Source: Enoplolaimus lenunculus (taxonomy: Eukaryota). Taken from it: a stretch of DNA of 64,000 nucleotides. Below the pieces are notes generated by a model, which was not told where the DNA came from, did not search any database, and saw nothing but the letters and a program-made list of their open reading frames with translations. Position 1 is the first letter of the stretch, and each line of letters starts with the position of its first letter. The position numbers were made by a program, and so were the translations under genes. Shown here in pieces: positions 1-13,590 of the stretch. The stretch lies in assembly GCA_030248215.1 (NCBI GenBank), contig JASANG010001329.1, forward strand, positions 62,001-126,000, given 5' to 3'.

Positions 1-796
1 TTCAAAAAAATAATGGTTTTGGACAACAATTGTTTTCCCCTTTTACCGTAACTTGCCACTGATACTTGAGCGCGAATGTGCCAAATTCAACCATTAAAGA
101 AAGAATCCAGTAAATCCTAAAATTTCGCTGCATCTATTTCTACGATCGGCTCTGTGCATGGCTTTTCTAGCGGACCCGGAGCGAGAGGGGGCTAGGGAGT
201 GCTCAGCCCCCCTAAAACAAATTACCCCCTTAGAAAATTTTCAATCTTGCTTATAAGTCATCGAAAGCTTTTATATATGCCCATCCTTAAATAGATTTGG
301 CCGGCGTAGCATGATGAGCTTACTACAGGGCCGGTTGCTAGTCAACGTGAAGACTAAATGACCAGAGGTATGGTATATTCTAGTATCATAAGTGAGTTCA
401 ATTGCAGTGTCGCTCCATACTCTTGTTCCACTGTTTACCCAGTACATACGGGCCGAGTAAATAAAGCGCACCTATAAACGGACTAAATTCAAATTCAAAT
501 GTTTGCTAAGACATCAATAGCATGACGAACATCAGACAGCAGAAGAAAACGAAAAAATGAGAAACAAACATAAACAAAGCCACTGGGTATAATAGTATTT
601 TTCTGGCTTAAGTTATCAGATCACTACTGTTTTTATTCTAAAACTGTAGAAGGATATCCCTTTACATCCTACCAGTCACTGTATAGGAAACCTCCAAAAT
701 ATGACAACGCAACGATTTTAGAAAAAATTTTCAGTTGTTTAAAATAATATCTCATGGGAATGTTGAAAATAAACTAAATATTGAGTAAAAAGTCTG

Positions 797-984
797 GGCC
801 AATGTAAAGAACAGCGGTGGAACAGTATTATAAGCTTATTCCTAAGACTAAGCCTAAACCTAAGCCTAAGCCTAAGCTTAAGCCTAAGCCTAAGGTTAAG
901 CCAAGCAAGAAAATAGCATAAAGCTCAAGCTTATTCTATTCTAGTCCCACAGAAAACGTTCCGCCCCTGATCTTTACATGGGCC
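797..984. mobile_element. MITE family T1 (internal telomeric GCCTAA repeats), 8-bp TSD
   Basis: TIRs GGCCAATGTAAAGAACAGCGGTGGAAC … GTTCCGCCCCTGATCTTTACATGGGCC; AAAGTCTG on both sides (789-796, 985-992); internal (GCCTAA)n. Confidence 0.85.
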
Positions 985-2755
985 AAAGTCTGAAACTTAA
1001 TCCGCTTTTTTGTCGTGTCTCGGAATAAAATTTTAGTCAAAATATAAAATTAAAAAAGCCTGAACTGTAACAGGACGATAGCAGCGCAAATTGATATAAA
1101 TTGTAATAAATTGTTTAGCGATTACCTGAGCTTAATTTTTACTATTCGTTTATAGTCTATAAACTTTATTCAGATTCAGATTATATACGTGGATCGATCT
1201 CATGTTAAAAATTGCACTTTCTAGCAGGACAAGACCGGTGTGTGTATGAAAGACAATCACCCCAGAATCCGCAAACAAGATCCACCAACGATAATGGTTG
1301 AAAGTGTACCGTCGATTGTTTTGACAATTACCCCTAGCACTACGGTTAGTTTTTTTGACAGCCTACCACAACGAAAAAGCGAAACACAACACACATTGTA
1401 CCCGGAGTCGAATAACTATAAAAAACCTGCTTCGTGAGCACACAACTTTTGTGGTCTATTTTGCGTATAAAAAAATGGGCGTGAATTGGGTCGTAGTGGT
1501 GGTGCTCTCTCTGGGAACGCACTAAATTACCGGATAAAGCCATGTGGTGATAAAACTAAATACAGATACGCTATATATATAGATATATATAGATATATAT
1601 TATATATATTATATATATACAGATATATATAATATAGACATGTAAATATAAAATGTATGTATAGAATCAATGTATGTATGCATACTTAATACACATTTAA
1701 AGTAAATATATAAATAAACAAATATTCGTATACATTCCGAGGGATGCCAAGGAATGAGAGGCTGAAACGTCACCACGGAGACACAGCTGTAAAGTTAAAG
1801 GTGAAAATTAAAATTGCTGCCCACTCTCAGCTCCCTGAACTTCACTAGATGGTGGCCCTTTAATCAGGATGAGAGGGCACCCGAGTCCGGAGTGGGTACA
1901 TCCCTAGCCGACATCCTTGGAGATAATCGCGAAACTCCATAAGGTCCAGTGTGTATGCAGCAAAAGCGAACTAACGGAATCCGAACCCCCGACGAGCGTT
2001 GACCGCCTTACCCACCTTCATGGATCTCGACCAATATCCTAGTTGTTTTTTTGGTCCAGCCCTTACCCCAATGTCAATCAGTCGTCACGCCGTTTATAAA
2101 TACTTACATTGTGACAAAACCAACACTGTTCTATTTTCGTTGCAACTGTATTTGAGACTACGACAACGTGGTATATCAGCGAATTGGCGGAAATATAGCA
2201 GAAACAAAGTTTGGTCAAGCAGGACAAAACTGAATCTTTACAGCATTCAGCAATCTATCCGCCTAGCCGAACGGCCAATGTTACATTTAGGGCAAGCATA
2301 TTTCTGAGCCTATGCGTTAGCTTAAGCGTTGAAAAAGTAAATTCCTAAGCCTACGCCTAATCGACCACGTCTGTGTATAGTATAAACTGTAAGCTTCCAA
2401 AAAGTCCTGTTGAAAATTATTTTGGCCCCTCCTGCATATTGGAATGGTTTGTTTGAATAAAACGCCAAAAACAGATAAAAACCAACAGCTTATCGTCTGT
2501 TGCACTAGCGGGTCGGTGTGGGCAAATTTGAGCTTAAATGCTAGTTAAATTTGAATTTATTGATAAAAAGATAATGAAATTATTTCTATATCGGTATTCC
2601 ACACAAAATGGATTACTATTAATAAAGGAATTGTTGTCTGTTCTGCGTCATATATAACACAGATATAAAACAGCCCTTCACAATTTTTCCCAACTTCGTG
2701 CTTAAATCATTACAGGGTGCGATAACGAGTGGTTAATTTTGCACTGACAAATATT

Positions 2756-2962
2756 GGCCAATGTATGGAACAGATGTGTAACAGTAGTATATGCATATTT
2801 CTAAGCCTAAGTCTGAGCCTAAGCTTAAACTTAAACCTAAGGGTTAAGAATGAGCTTACACCTAAGCCCAAACTTAGACTTCCTAAGTTAAATTTAATCT
2901 AAAGCTTAAGGTTTATTCCAGTAACACATAAAAATGTTCCGCCACTGATCTTTACATAGGCC
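2756..2962. mobile_element. MITE family T1, diverged copy
   Basis: Same termini (GGCCAATGTA… / …GTTCCGCCACTGATCTTTACATAGGCC) and degenerate GCCTAA interior; TSD not evident. Confidence 0.75.
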
Positions 2963-4835
2963 CCAGCGTTAATGCGGAGATCTTGTACGCAATATGATTA
3001 ACATTTTTCAAAATTTTGAGATGTTGGCGTTAATTAGGCTTAGGATTATACTTTGGCTTACGTTTATAATAAGGTTGATGATTAGGCATTAGGCAAAGGG
3101 ATAAGTTTTCTGATGAAGTGTACATGGAAGTAACCAGGATTTTCATTTGGGGAGAACACGGATACTTTAGAGGTGTGTTTAGCGTGAAAAAATAAATTTT
3201 GGTACATATACCACGAAAGCAATGCCGGTTGAGCTAAAAGAAAAGCACCAACAACCAGTACGGGAATGGAGCGCACAGGAAATCATAGGTTCAATTCATT
3301 CAAAACTGAATTTTTTCCAAGACCATTATGCGGCATCGCCCATTTGGGCTCCTCTAGCTACACCTCCGAAATTGTACCGGTGTCTATGTTGAAGCTGAGG
3401 TTAATATATGCAGGTCCGGAGTAGCCACCCCCCATATACCCATTTGGAGAGGCCCCATCTCTAAAGGAGTCCCCAACCTGACCGGTTGAAACACAAACCG
3501 CCGAAGTTTTAAAACTCGTTATACCTGATGTTTTAGGCAACGTTAGTATTTGTTTCACTTCTTGTTCACAAACTGAGAAGAAATCAATCAAAATTTAAAT
3601 TCAATTATTAGCTTCGAAATTCTGACCAAATATTTAATGTCAAACTTGAAATTCGTAGCGATACATCAAAAATAATAATGCAAGATCTAAAGCTGAAGTC
3701 TGAATTTCTAATACTAAATATTCAGGAGGTAGCCATGATTTCGAACTGGTGTGAGATCTGGAGTAAAAAGTGACGAATGGTCTTGGTTCCGGTGTAAAAG
3801 TATAAAATTTGACGTATAGAAAATACCTAGTCACGATATGAACAGTTACATAATGATTTTTGGTGCATGCATTCGTAGTAGTGTTGACCCCAAATCATAG
3901 CTTATAGTGACACGCTCAATACTAGCTAATGCATCGTACAGTCGTTAGTGACATGATCAATATGGGTAATTATAAAAAATTTCGCCAAAAGCCTTCAAAC
4001 CGTTGCAGCAGGAATCTGTCCGTAGAAAATATAGAAATACAAACAAACAAACAAACAAACAAACAAACGAACGAACAAACGAACGAATAAACAAAGAAAC
4101 ATAAGTTAAAATAGTCCACTGCAACGGTTGCAACTGCTTTAGTTTCTTGGCTATTGCTATAGAATAAGCGACGGCAATTTTTTTCGTCAGTCAGCGTTTG
4201 CTCAAAAAGTGTGCTTTTGAATAACCCGTTATAGGGTATTTTCTAAATAAACGAGTTGACGCGTATGAATTTTGGAAGTTCTGTTTTTCCACAAGGTCAA
4301 GCAATATAGGATCTCTTCTTCGCCATGAAATGAACACTCGCCAATTGATAAACAATATTTGTTTTTATCCAAAGCCTAAAGTTAAGCCTAAGCTAAGTAT
4401 TTTGCAGTGGTTTATCCTTTCTTGACGCTCTCATGTAACATAAAAGTGACGATGTTTAACTAAAAATATCAGACAGATTAATTAAATAACACGAAATTTA
4501 AACTGCAAAAATACCAAAAATTAAAAATTTACAATTGAATGTCAACAAACGAGAATTCCAGCGCTTAACAAACCCACAAAAGTACATAATAATCCACAGT
4601 TTTAAACCATTCTTAGGCAATATTTATTTCATCCGGTTTACTCAAAACAGCTAATATATTAAGCTAAGTATTCATTTATATGTACATATGTACAGAATGC
4701 ATTGTTTAACAAATTGACATATCAATTTTGAGTGTTCCTGTGTGTATACTTGGACGCCGTAAAAGCTCGCAAGCCTACCGGAGAATTGGTACTGCGTATA
4801 TGCTTAATTTGCGTAGTATCCAATAAAGTATATTG

Positions 4836-5105
4836 CAGGGTGCAACCACAGGTCAAAATACTGGAGTTGGATGTCAAAAAAACTTGCCGTAGCCGGCTGT
4901 GAAAAGAGATTAGTTAACCTGTTTCGTTTTTCGAATTTTAGCAAATAGTTGTAATGTTAAACGTTAGATGTCTTTGGTTTACGAAAATATATATATAATA
5001 CGAAATCTGTGTAAATTTTCATCAAAATTAGTACGAAAATCGCCAAACAGATAAATTTTCTAAAACTACGCTCAATTTCGCTAGCGAAATTGGCAGAACA
5101 TCTGG
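4836..5105. mobile_element. hAT-like MITE family H1, degenerate partial copy
   Basis: CAGGGTGCAACC start and similarity to the interior of 5892-6271. Confidence 0.55.
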
Positions 5106-5580
5106 TTAACAACTAAGCGGTGACAGTAAACGTCTCCCACCTGTGAAACTTGTTCGAATCTTAGCAGAAAACGGGTCTCTGCTAAAACAGAAAATATTCA
5201 CGCAACAAAGGGTTAAAATTATCCAAAATTAATCGCTTTTAGGTTTTTACGGTAACAGAAAGCTTCGTAAATAGATTAAAGCATGTTTGACGACTGACGT
5301 AGTAACACTAGCGATATTATGACACAGGACTGTCCCAACTGCACGGTCGGGTTAACTCCTTTCACCGAAGTACTGCGAATATACATGGTTCTGCTCCTAA
5401 ATTTTTCCGAAACATATGGCCACGCCTGTAATCGAACCTCTCCCTCGCGAGTCAAGCGAGCTACCCATTACATCACGCGCAGGATATCATGTCTTTCTAC
5501 TGCTGTATGGGCCCCTGCATGCGTGACTTAACATTGCACACTATGCAGATACACACATACACCACGTATACCAATAAGGA

Positions 5581-5740
5581 CAGGTCCGTCGCCAAACTCA
5601 CTTGGCTAGGGGGCTAAATATGTTTCAGGAGGGTATTGAAGGATTTTCGAAAACTTACAAGCAAGGTTGAAAATTTTCTAGGGGTTAAAGATCTTCCAGG
5701 GGGTGGCTGAGCCCCTCGACCCACTTTGGCTACGGCTACG
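5581..5740. mobile_element. MITE family H2 (further partial copies near 170-260, 34224-34388 and 39150-39270)
   Basis: CAGGTCCGTCGCCAAA … TTTGGCTACGG and the shared interior ACAAGCAAGGTTGAAAATTTTCTAGGGG…GCTGAGCCCC. Confidence 0.7.
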
Positions 5741-5891
5741 ACACAAGAAGACAATCAAGTATAAATCAGATGTTTTACTAGCGTTTCAACTTTCTGCATC
5801 TTGGGAATTCGTTTCTTCTAGTTTATTCTGGTATCCTTGTCGCATAGAATCGATAATGCGTTGAATCATATTGCGCCACATCTGTAACGAG

Positions 5892-6271
5892 CAGGGCACA
5901 ACCGGAGGTGAAAAATACCAAAGTCGAAGCCGCAGGTCAGCAATAGTTTCAGGGGTCGGAGGTGAGGCGAAATTAGGTGATTAAAATGATGTTTAATTTG
6001 TAAATTTTAGCAAATGTTTGTAGCGCGTTCTTAAATTTTTGTTTTATGCTTATTTTTTTATGAAATTTCATCAATTTTTTTCTTCAGAATTGTGCCAAAA
6101 GTTAAACCGAAACGCGGCAAAGATTTTGTAAAACTATTCAAATTTCACCAACGAAATTGACGGAACCTCCGGCAAAAATACTGCCGAAGCCGGGGGTCGA
6201 TTTTCTGAAGGAAACGTCGGTCTATTTTTTGCCGGGGCACGAGCCGTAGGCAGACCTCTGGTTGCACTCTG
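5892..6271. mobile_element. hAT-like MITE family H1 (~350-380 bp)
   Basis: TIR CAGGGCACAACCGGAGG … CCTCTGGTTGCACTCTG; TSD GTAACGAG/GTAACCAG. Homologues lie at ~4836, 20408, 32886 and 39515. Confidence 0.8.
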
Positions 6272-6832
6272 GTAACCAGTATTTAATTTCATTTTGAGCC
6301 CGACAGTTACTGTAATAAACTAGAAAAAGTAGTTGTGTTTCACCACTAACAGAAATTCGGATCAGGGTCAAATTCTGTCAAAAGAAGTGTTCGCAAACAT
6401 TTAACCTACGATAGATAGATTTTGAAGAGTAGAGAATGTGGAACACTCTAGCAAATAGCACGATATTAAAATTTTCGCTTGGAGAAGCGTCTAGAGCATA
6501 TCAAGGCAATATAATGGCAGAATTTTGGCGTTAAGCGCAGAGTTTACAGTAAATTTGAATTTAACAAAAGCGTCCTAAGTACAGTGAAAACTGAATATTT
6601 TAAAACGTCTGTGATGTCTATTTTATTGATCTTCCTTGTATATCGACAGGAAAATGAAAACGATCCATGCATTCAAAAGCAGTTTGTATGAGCTTACATC
6701 GTACGGTGAATACTGAGACGCCTGACGATCCGCCATGTTTTTCAGTATAGTTTTTTCTAAAATAGCTTCCTGCAATGTATTCCACCAATCTGCGTTCATT
6801 TCGTTGTTCTGAAACAATATATATATACAATT

Positions 6833-7259
6833 CAGGGTTCAGCCAGAATGAATGTTCCATACGGAATTCGTGCAAAAATTCAATCCCTGTTACTGTTCCT
6901 GTTCGTACATTCAATGAAGCAGTAATCGGAATTTTTACTGTTTTTATGGCAAATTACTTATAATCACATATTACAAACCTTGTCTTTGAAAAATTGTTAT
7001 TTCGAAATCAGTGTTTTTGCAATTAAGTTCAATTTTGGTAATAAACTGTTAATTGACGTGTTTTCGCAAAATTTGGTGATGAGAAATAGCTGATAATTCG
7101 CTCAACCTTTTTGGCAAGGTTTCGAAAAATTCCAACAGTAATTCGGTGATGAAAATTATTTCAAACTCCGGTTTCTGTTCATGTTCCGATTCCTGCAAAG
7201 AAATTCAATTCTTGGTCCTGTTCGTCTTCCGGCAAAATTTAGTTCCTGTTGGAACCTAG
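6833..7259. mobile_element. hAT-like MITE (CAGGGTTC … GGAACCTAG)
   Basis: Short imperfect TIRs and duplicated subterminal AATTCAAT…CCTGTTCGT blocks. Confidence 0.45.
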
Positions 7260-8347
7260 ATATATTATATATATGTATATATATTTATATATATTTATAT
7301 ATATGTATATATAGTTTACGGAACAGAATGTAGAGTGTTGCACAAAGTGCTTTCCATACTGTGATTTTCAGGGATGTACCAATCTCATTTTTAGTAATTT
7401 ATTCTACCTAGTTTTGTCCCAATAAGCACCCACATTATACATCTCAAACTAAAAAAATTGCTGAACATTTGAGCAACATGAGATATGTTTCATATTCCTA
7501 TTAAAAAGGCTGTAACTGGGCGAGCACTGTTTATTTGAGTTAATTAGAATAGCATCAAAGAACATTAGAATCCGCAGTAACTGTTAGTACTTCTGCAACA
7601 TATTGTGGACAGCAAAACATTTTGTATTGTTTATCATAATGTTTTTACCAGACGAGTTCATATTGAAGGGCAAAAGCGGTCAACATTCGTTGGGAGTTTA
7701 AACGTTAATCTTAACTTATTGGTAATAGCACAAAATCTGTTTGAATATAATGAAATTCCAGTAGTTTTCTTACTATGAAATTTTAGAAGTTTTTGGACAA
7801 TGGTTAGGTTGCAGCATAACTTAACGTCAGTTATATTGTATAAAGATTTTAGTCTTTATGAGATTAATCGACGCTGCAAGAATACGATGCGCTTTTTAAG
7901 CTTCTATTCCTGACTATGTAGTGAAACCAATAACTCGGCTATGAAATGCCGACTTTTTAACTTATGTGTTTTCTCACTAAAGTCAAAGAACAACTAACGT
8001 CAGTGGTCGGCTTGAGCTGAGTGGTTTTTAATCCATGGACCGTGATTGGTGTTGTGACACTACCCGATTTATGGAATTATTAAACAACCCCGAAGAAAAG
8101 GAATTTGAGCAATTTTGCTGTCCTCAATATGTTTCAAAAGAATTAATATAGTTACGACTATTTCGGACAATAATGTTTTTTATGCTTTTCCAAATTACAT
8201 CAAAAGGCAGTGCACGACCAGTTACTATTTTTTGACAAGAATATGAAGCTTATTCCATGTTGCTCAAGTATTGAACAATTTTTTAGAATTTCAACCGTTT
8301 TATAAAGCAGTTGTTTGAATTATTTGTACTAAAACAAGTATTGAGAG

Positions 8348-8838
8348 GAACCAAACATTGGACTAAAACCAATCGTTGTGGAGAAACCAGACGTTTGAGT
8401 TATACCAACCGTTGGTGTGAAGCCAATCGTTGGTGTAAAACCAACCGTTGGTGTGAAACAATCCTTTGGAGTGAAACCAATTGTTGTGCTTCAACTTATC
8501 GTTGAGGTAAAACCAACTGGTGGGGTGAACCTAACGTCAGGGTTAGATCAACCGTTGGGAAAACTATCGGCGAGGATAACCCTACCGTGTGATTGAAACC
8601 AACCGTTGAAGTGTAAAAAGTATCGTTTTGTTTAAACCAGCCGTTGGAGTAAAACAAACTGTTGTGATGCCAGCAACGGTTGAGTAGAACGATTATTGCG
8701 GTGAAATCCTCCGTTGGTGTGAAACAAACTGTTACGCTAAAACCAGTCATATGGATATGAGACCAACCGTCGGGGTCAAACTACCCGTTGGGGTGAAACC
8801 AATGGTTCGGGTGAAACAAATCGTTGGCGTGAAACCAT
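8348..8838. repeat. 18-bp minisatellite (consensus AAACCAACCGTTGGTGTG), about 27 degenerate copies
   Basis: Direct tandem repetition, visible as TNRWCE-type repeats in the spurious ORF 8311-8505. Confidence 0.85.
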
Positions 8839-9934
8839 TTGTGTTGTACATTACGTACCTATAAATCCTCATGCCAGCAAATTATCAAAAGAATTCCAAC
8901 AGCCTTTCACAAAAATCGCCCAAAAAGTTTTTCGGACGGATCTACGATATGTGTACAAAGTTATTCAGTAATCATGAAAATTACATAGCTAAGGGATAGC
9001 AAGTGTTGGCTCAGAATGGTCAGTTTCATGCATTACTGTAAAGGGTTTCTGAACTAAAACTTCTTGAAGCCACCACTGGTGTTCCCTACATATTAATGCA
9101 GCCAGTGTGCACAATTTGAACAAGATATCTCTGACTCTGGTATTACTAGAATACCGACAACAAATTTAAGCTGAAAATCGGCACTTGAAATGAGCTAACA
9201 ATAAATGGATCAACACTATGGTATTCATAGGTATATGTTCTATTATGTACTAACAACTGAAATGTTTAAATGTTATAGTTTCGCAATCAAAAAATTGTTA
9301 AAACCGCTACCAGGCAGTTGAAGCCGACCATTGGCTGATACTTGAAAAATGCGGATTATATATCTTCAACGACGTTTGTTGTATAAAAATTTTATAATTT
9401 TTAATAGCAAAGGAGGAATAGTAACTATAAAAACCTATCATATCCAATAGCGGATACAAGGTGAAATACTGTACATCAGCAGCCGAGTTTAATTCAGGTG
9501 TTTGTATTCATCCCGAACCTATAGTGGTTCGTGGTGAACACTTGTATGTTAGGCGTCGCAACAGGGATCTAAACCAGGATTTTGTATTATGATTTAGCAC
9601 CAAAATAGCGGTTGGATTTCAGCCAGCGAGTTTTATTCACTATTAATCTCGTGTGATCTATTTTCAGAAAGTTTGGTACTGTTTGAGGGGCGTAACAGTT
9701 GCGTAACCATATTACTAAGCCGAAACCTCATCGTAAGATAAGGCTATAACAAAACGTAGACAAAGTCTAACCCAAAACAAAAAATTAGTCTAAAGCTTCA
9801 GCTTACACTATTGGAGTCTGACGAAAGAAGCAAAGCACTAACCAGTATGTACCCGTAGTGACTTCAGGACAATCATATTCCAACACATAAATTGAACAAA
9901 TTGCCATTCTATACTACTTATTAAACGATTCGCT

Positions 9935-12857
9935 TTACAATCTCAACTTTACCTTCATTTTAACCGCGTGCAACTCGCCCAGTTGCGTCAGTCGTGTACA
10001 CAAACTGATCGTTCGATCCATTTCGTCAACAGCGGAATCCAACAAATCTGACATCGCTTTTGCGTGAGCACTAAACAACTGTTGAGATTTGAGGTCAATT
10101 TCTGACTCCAAAAACGACGGAGTGGCCAGTTCTTCCAGTCCAGATTTATTCAGAGCGGTTGCGGAGTCTAATGATGACTGTAAGTTGACTTGAGTCGTCG
10201 GGGTGTTAACCTGAAACAATTATTGCGTCTACAAAACTATTGATGGGCAAATACCGTTTGTCGCACACAATGGACAATGACCAAGTTTATTAGTGCAACC
10301 TGTAAACGCGAAATAATACACAATGCGCAGTGTTCAAAATTTCGCGTATGCGCAGTACAAATTTTCCATATGATGGGATAGACTCCACGGACTCGAAATT
10401 CGCAATAATTCTTTCTTATTCAGCGTTCCAAATTTAACGTTGAATTTGAATATTTTCTGTTATCAAGCCGTTAGGAAGGTCAATAAGCTTGGGGGGCAAA
10501 AATTTGCGGAACAGCCATGGGTGAATTTGAGCGATTTACAATTGAGGCTAAAACTTTTAAGGGTGACATAAAATTTGTTTGGAAGGAATCATAGCTCCCA
10601 GTATCCTCTGGTCAGGAACCCTGTAGAAATTTCATACACGACTGCAAATATCAAACACGTACGTCAGCATTCGTTTTAAAATTGAATTTAGTGCTGCACT
10701 GTGGCGTAATTGGTGATTTAACGCTATCTTCGTCCGAATTTCGCTGTTGTGAGCGTTTAGGTCTCGATTGAAGGGTTTGAGTTCTTCGAAGCCGATGCGG
10801 CGGCTCATTTCGATTCCGAGCGCTCGCTGGATCCCCTCGCGATGTGCCGCTTGTATCTGTAGGATTGCAAATTGCAGCTGCGCGATGTTGTAGGGTTAAT
10901 TCTTCAATTGCACGCTCACGAAATACTGCGTCAAAAAATCGTTTAAGTTCGTATTCTTGGTCGAACGCTGCGCGCAGCATTGACGCCCCTGGTTCGTTGG
11001 GATTACATCGACGGGACATTGCGATTGCTTTTTTAACCTGAAAATATCACGTCAAAAATTAGTCAAAAATTTTAAAAATGGCGAGATAAAACCAACGTTT
11101 TTCCTGGAGACCGCTACTCATGACGAATGAGAATCGAGTCTGTGCGATCGAGTTAGTTTGTCACGATTCTGCCTTAAATTTCATGAACAATTTAGTGAAT
11201 GCACCCCAGGATGGTTAGCATCGCAATACGTTCAGCCAGGTCTAGGCAATAGAACTTATTTTCAAAATTTTGTGCATAAATTTATCGTTTAAATGGGCAA
11301 GTTTTTAATTTATTTCTTTGCAATAACCATATTTTGCCAAGTTGCAATTTTTAATTGATCTATTACGAATGTAGTTTGCAAATTATACATACCGCAAGAA
11401 CATCTTGATAATGAGCTCTCGCTTTAGCATCATTTTCGTCTTCCTCAGCTTTTCTGTTTTCGTTCGATTCTCCAACGTCATATTTTGACGATCCATCGGT
11501 AGATTTTGTTTTCCCAAAACTGCTACTTCGACGTGCACCGCGGCGATGATCTACAAATTTTAAGCACAAAATTCCTATAAACAATATTTTGTTTTGAAAG
11601 AAACTTTTTCCGTTCAACTGAATGTTTAATACTCGTCACAGTGCTAAGGTTAGTGCTCAAGGCCATGTAAATATCAGGGACGAAACGCTTTTCTGTTGGC
11701 TGCAATAGAGTAAGCATAAGTTTTAGACTAATTTTTTTGCTTGGCTTAGGCTTAATCTTAGACTTAAGTTTAGGAATATGCTCATTCTTACGCTTAGGCT
11801 TAGGCTTACGCTAAGGCGTAGGTGTATGCTTAATACTGTTCCGCCCCTGGTTCTTTACATTGGTCGTGTTCAAAAACTTGTAAATGTGCGAATTATTCTT
11901 ACTTTTTCAACAGTATCCGAATATATCTCTATAGAACTGGCTTCTATTACACGCTCTTTCTATCTCGTATCAGGAAATGTTTAGAGCAGCTAGCGTCAGT
12001 TGACAGTAGACCTGTGGCCGTAACTATAGATAATTAAAGTGCTACCTATGTCAAGACAACGATTTTTGGAAGTTATTTTTGCCTTAGCAGTTATAAACTA
12101 TATGAGCCACGACGAAACTTTTTTTAATTGTTTTCATTTTCGAGATTTTAAATCTTAAATCGTCACTGGCAGGTTTGGCAAACTAACCGTACACATCTTC
12201 TTCGTCGATTTTTTCACCAGCAAGCGGTCGCGATGCCTTATGCTTAACCAGAGCTTTGCTTGTATTTGCACGAACTAAAACACCAATTCGTCTACGCGGA
12301 ACACCAGAGAATCCTTTCTGTTCGGGTTGAAATATTGACGGCGATACTGATTGCAGCTGACTTCTAGCCGAATTTGCGGTTGGTTTTTCGATCAGAGACA
12401 CGCAACCAATATCTTTGGTGCTTGCAAAACCGCTTGTTGCACTCGCATGGTAACTTCTTGCAGAGGAATCTGGTGTACGTTTGCGGCGGCCCCCGCCACT
12501 TTTGACTGAACTGCTCCGTCGGATTGCGAGTGGTGGGGGTATAGGCTCACGATGCTTACTGTAATGGGACGAGCCTTTTCGAGATTCTAAACTGCTGGTC
12601 AGTGAATCAGGTTGGTTACTGTCGAACGATGAGTCTGAAGGATTTATGCCACATTTTCCGACCAACGGTTGATCTTCGTCAAAACTATCACGAACGCTAC
12701 CTTGTCGATATTTACGGCTTGCGATACTGTAAGTGCAACTATTATTGTTATTATTGTTATTATTACTGTTGTTTTTGCTGTGTTTCTTGTTGTTGTTATT
12801 ATGATAATAATTATCATTTGTATTACTACTATTATTATTATTAGTAGTAGTAGTACT

Positions 12858-12896
<39 letters not shown>

Positions 12897-13256
12897 GTCG
12901 TCGTCGTCGTCGTTGTTGTTGTTGTTGTTGTTGTTACGATTATTGCTTGAGTAATAGCTAGGATTCGGTTGCGGCATATTTCGCCACAACGCTGGCGACT
13001 GAAGTTTATTCGGCGATTTCTGTGATCTCCGAACATTTGTTTGTGTAGTGAGCGTTGAGTCGGATCTTCTCGAGTTGCTGAGATGAGTTTGGTGGCATTC
13101 GTCTGTTGCTCCAGCCAGTTTCCCTTGTTGAGCTTCAACAAATGACTTTGCAGTAGTGTTGTTCACTTTTGAAGATGATGAATTGCGCGATCGATTTACA
13201 TGGGATTTCTTCGAACGAGAGCCAGGCCTCGCGTCTGTATATAACTGGTTTCCCAT
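9935..13256 (-). CDS. Hypothetical protein of about 625 aa, spliced: join of 12188..13256, 11393..11550, 10663..11037 and 9935..10210; low-complexity Asn/Ser-rich N-half and helical-looking C-terminus
   Basis: Start context is GCCATGG. Four ORF segments join in frame through TACG|GTTAGT…TTTGTAG|AT (phase 1), GCG|GTATGT…TTTTCAG|GTT (phase 0) and GAC|GTACGT…TTTCAG|GTT (phase 0), giving 1878 nt ending in TAA. No domain recognised. Confidence 0.75.
11661..11865. mobile_element. MITE family T1, opposite orientation, in intron 1 of the 9935-13256 gene
   Basis: Same TIRs, TTAGGC interior, TSD GTGCTCAA/GTGTTCAA. Confidence 0.8.
12740..12935. repeat. Coding trinucleotide microsatellite (AAT/AAC/GAC/ACT) encoding poly-Asn/Asp/Thr
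   Basis: (TTA)n, (GTT)n, (GTC)n and (TAG)n tracts inside exon 1 of the 9935-13256 gene. Confidence 0.95.
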
Positions 13257-13590
13257 GGCTGGACTGAGTTTGTAAGATTTTGTTTGTTGAAGCAGTGAAA
13301 ATTTACGACAATAAAGTTCCGATGCTGAGACGGAAGTCGTAGAACATTTCAGCTCATGTTATGTCTTCAACTTTAATTGACAGAAGAAACCAATGGAAAT
13401 AAGAAATATACTTTACAACGTCTAGTGCTTAAGAAGAATTACAGCAAGCATTTAATATGCGAGTAAATGTACTACATAAAGCTCTATTCGCACTCTGCAG
13501 TTTGCTGAGGCAGTTTGTGATATCGCTGGTTTGCAGCAACAAATTTGCGTTTTTGACATGTGTTAGCTTATCCTGCGACAAATAAGTCGT

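Noticed and set aside
1221..1584. Non-autonomous Helitron on the minus strand (TC…CTAG ends)
   Set aside because: The ends are suggestive, but I found no clear 3' hairpin, AT target site or second copy.
1735..1925. Possible hammerhead or HDV-like ribozyme (GAAACGTC; CCCACTC/GAGTGGG and GGTG(G)CCCT/AGGGCACC pairings)
   Set aside because: No CUGANGA core and no HDV P3/L3 topology could be built; probably a structured repeat remnant. The same applies to GACGTTTCG near 18342.
8348..8838. CRISPR-like array
   Set aside because: Contiguous 18-bp units without unique spacers, no cas genes, eukaryotic context. The 31715-32790 array also fails because its spacers are conserved rather than unique.
12602..13141. 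Poly-Ile/Thr/Tyr/Val ORFs
   Set aside because: Alternative frames of the trinucleotide microsatellite.
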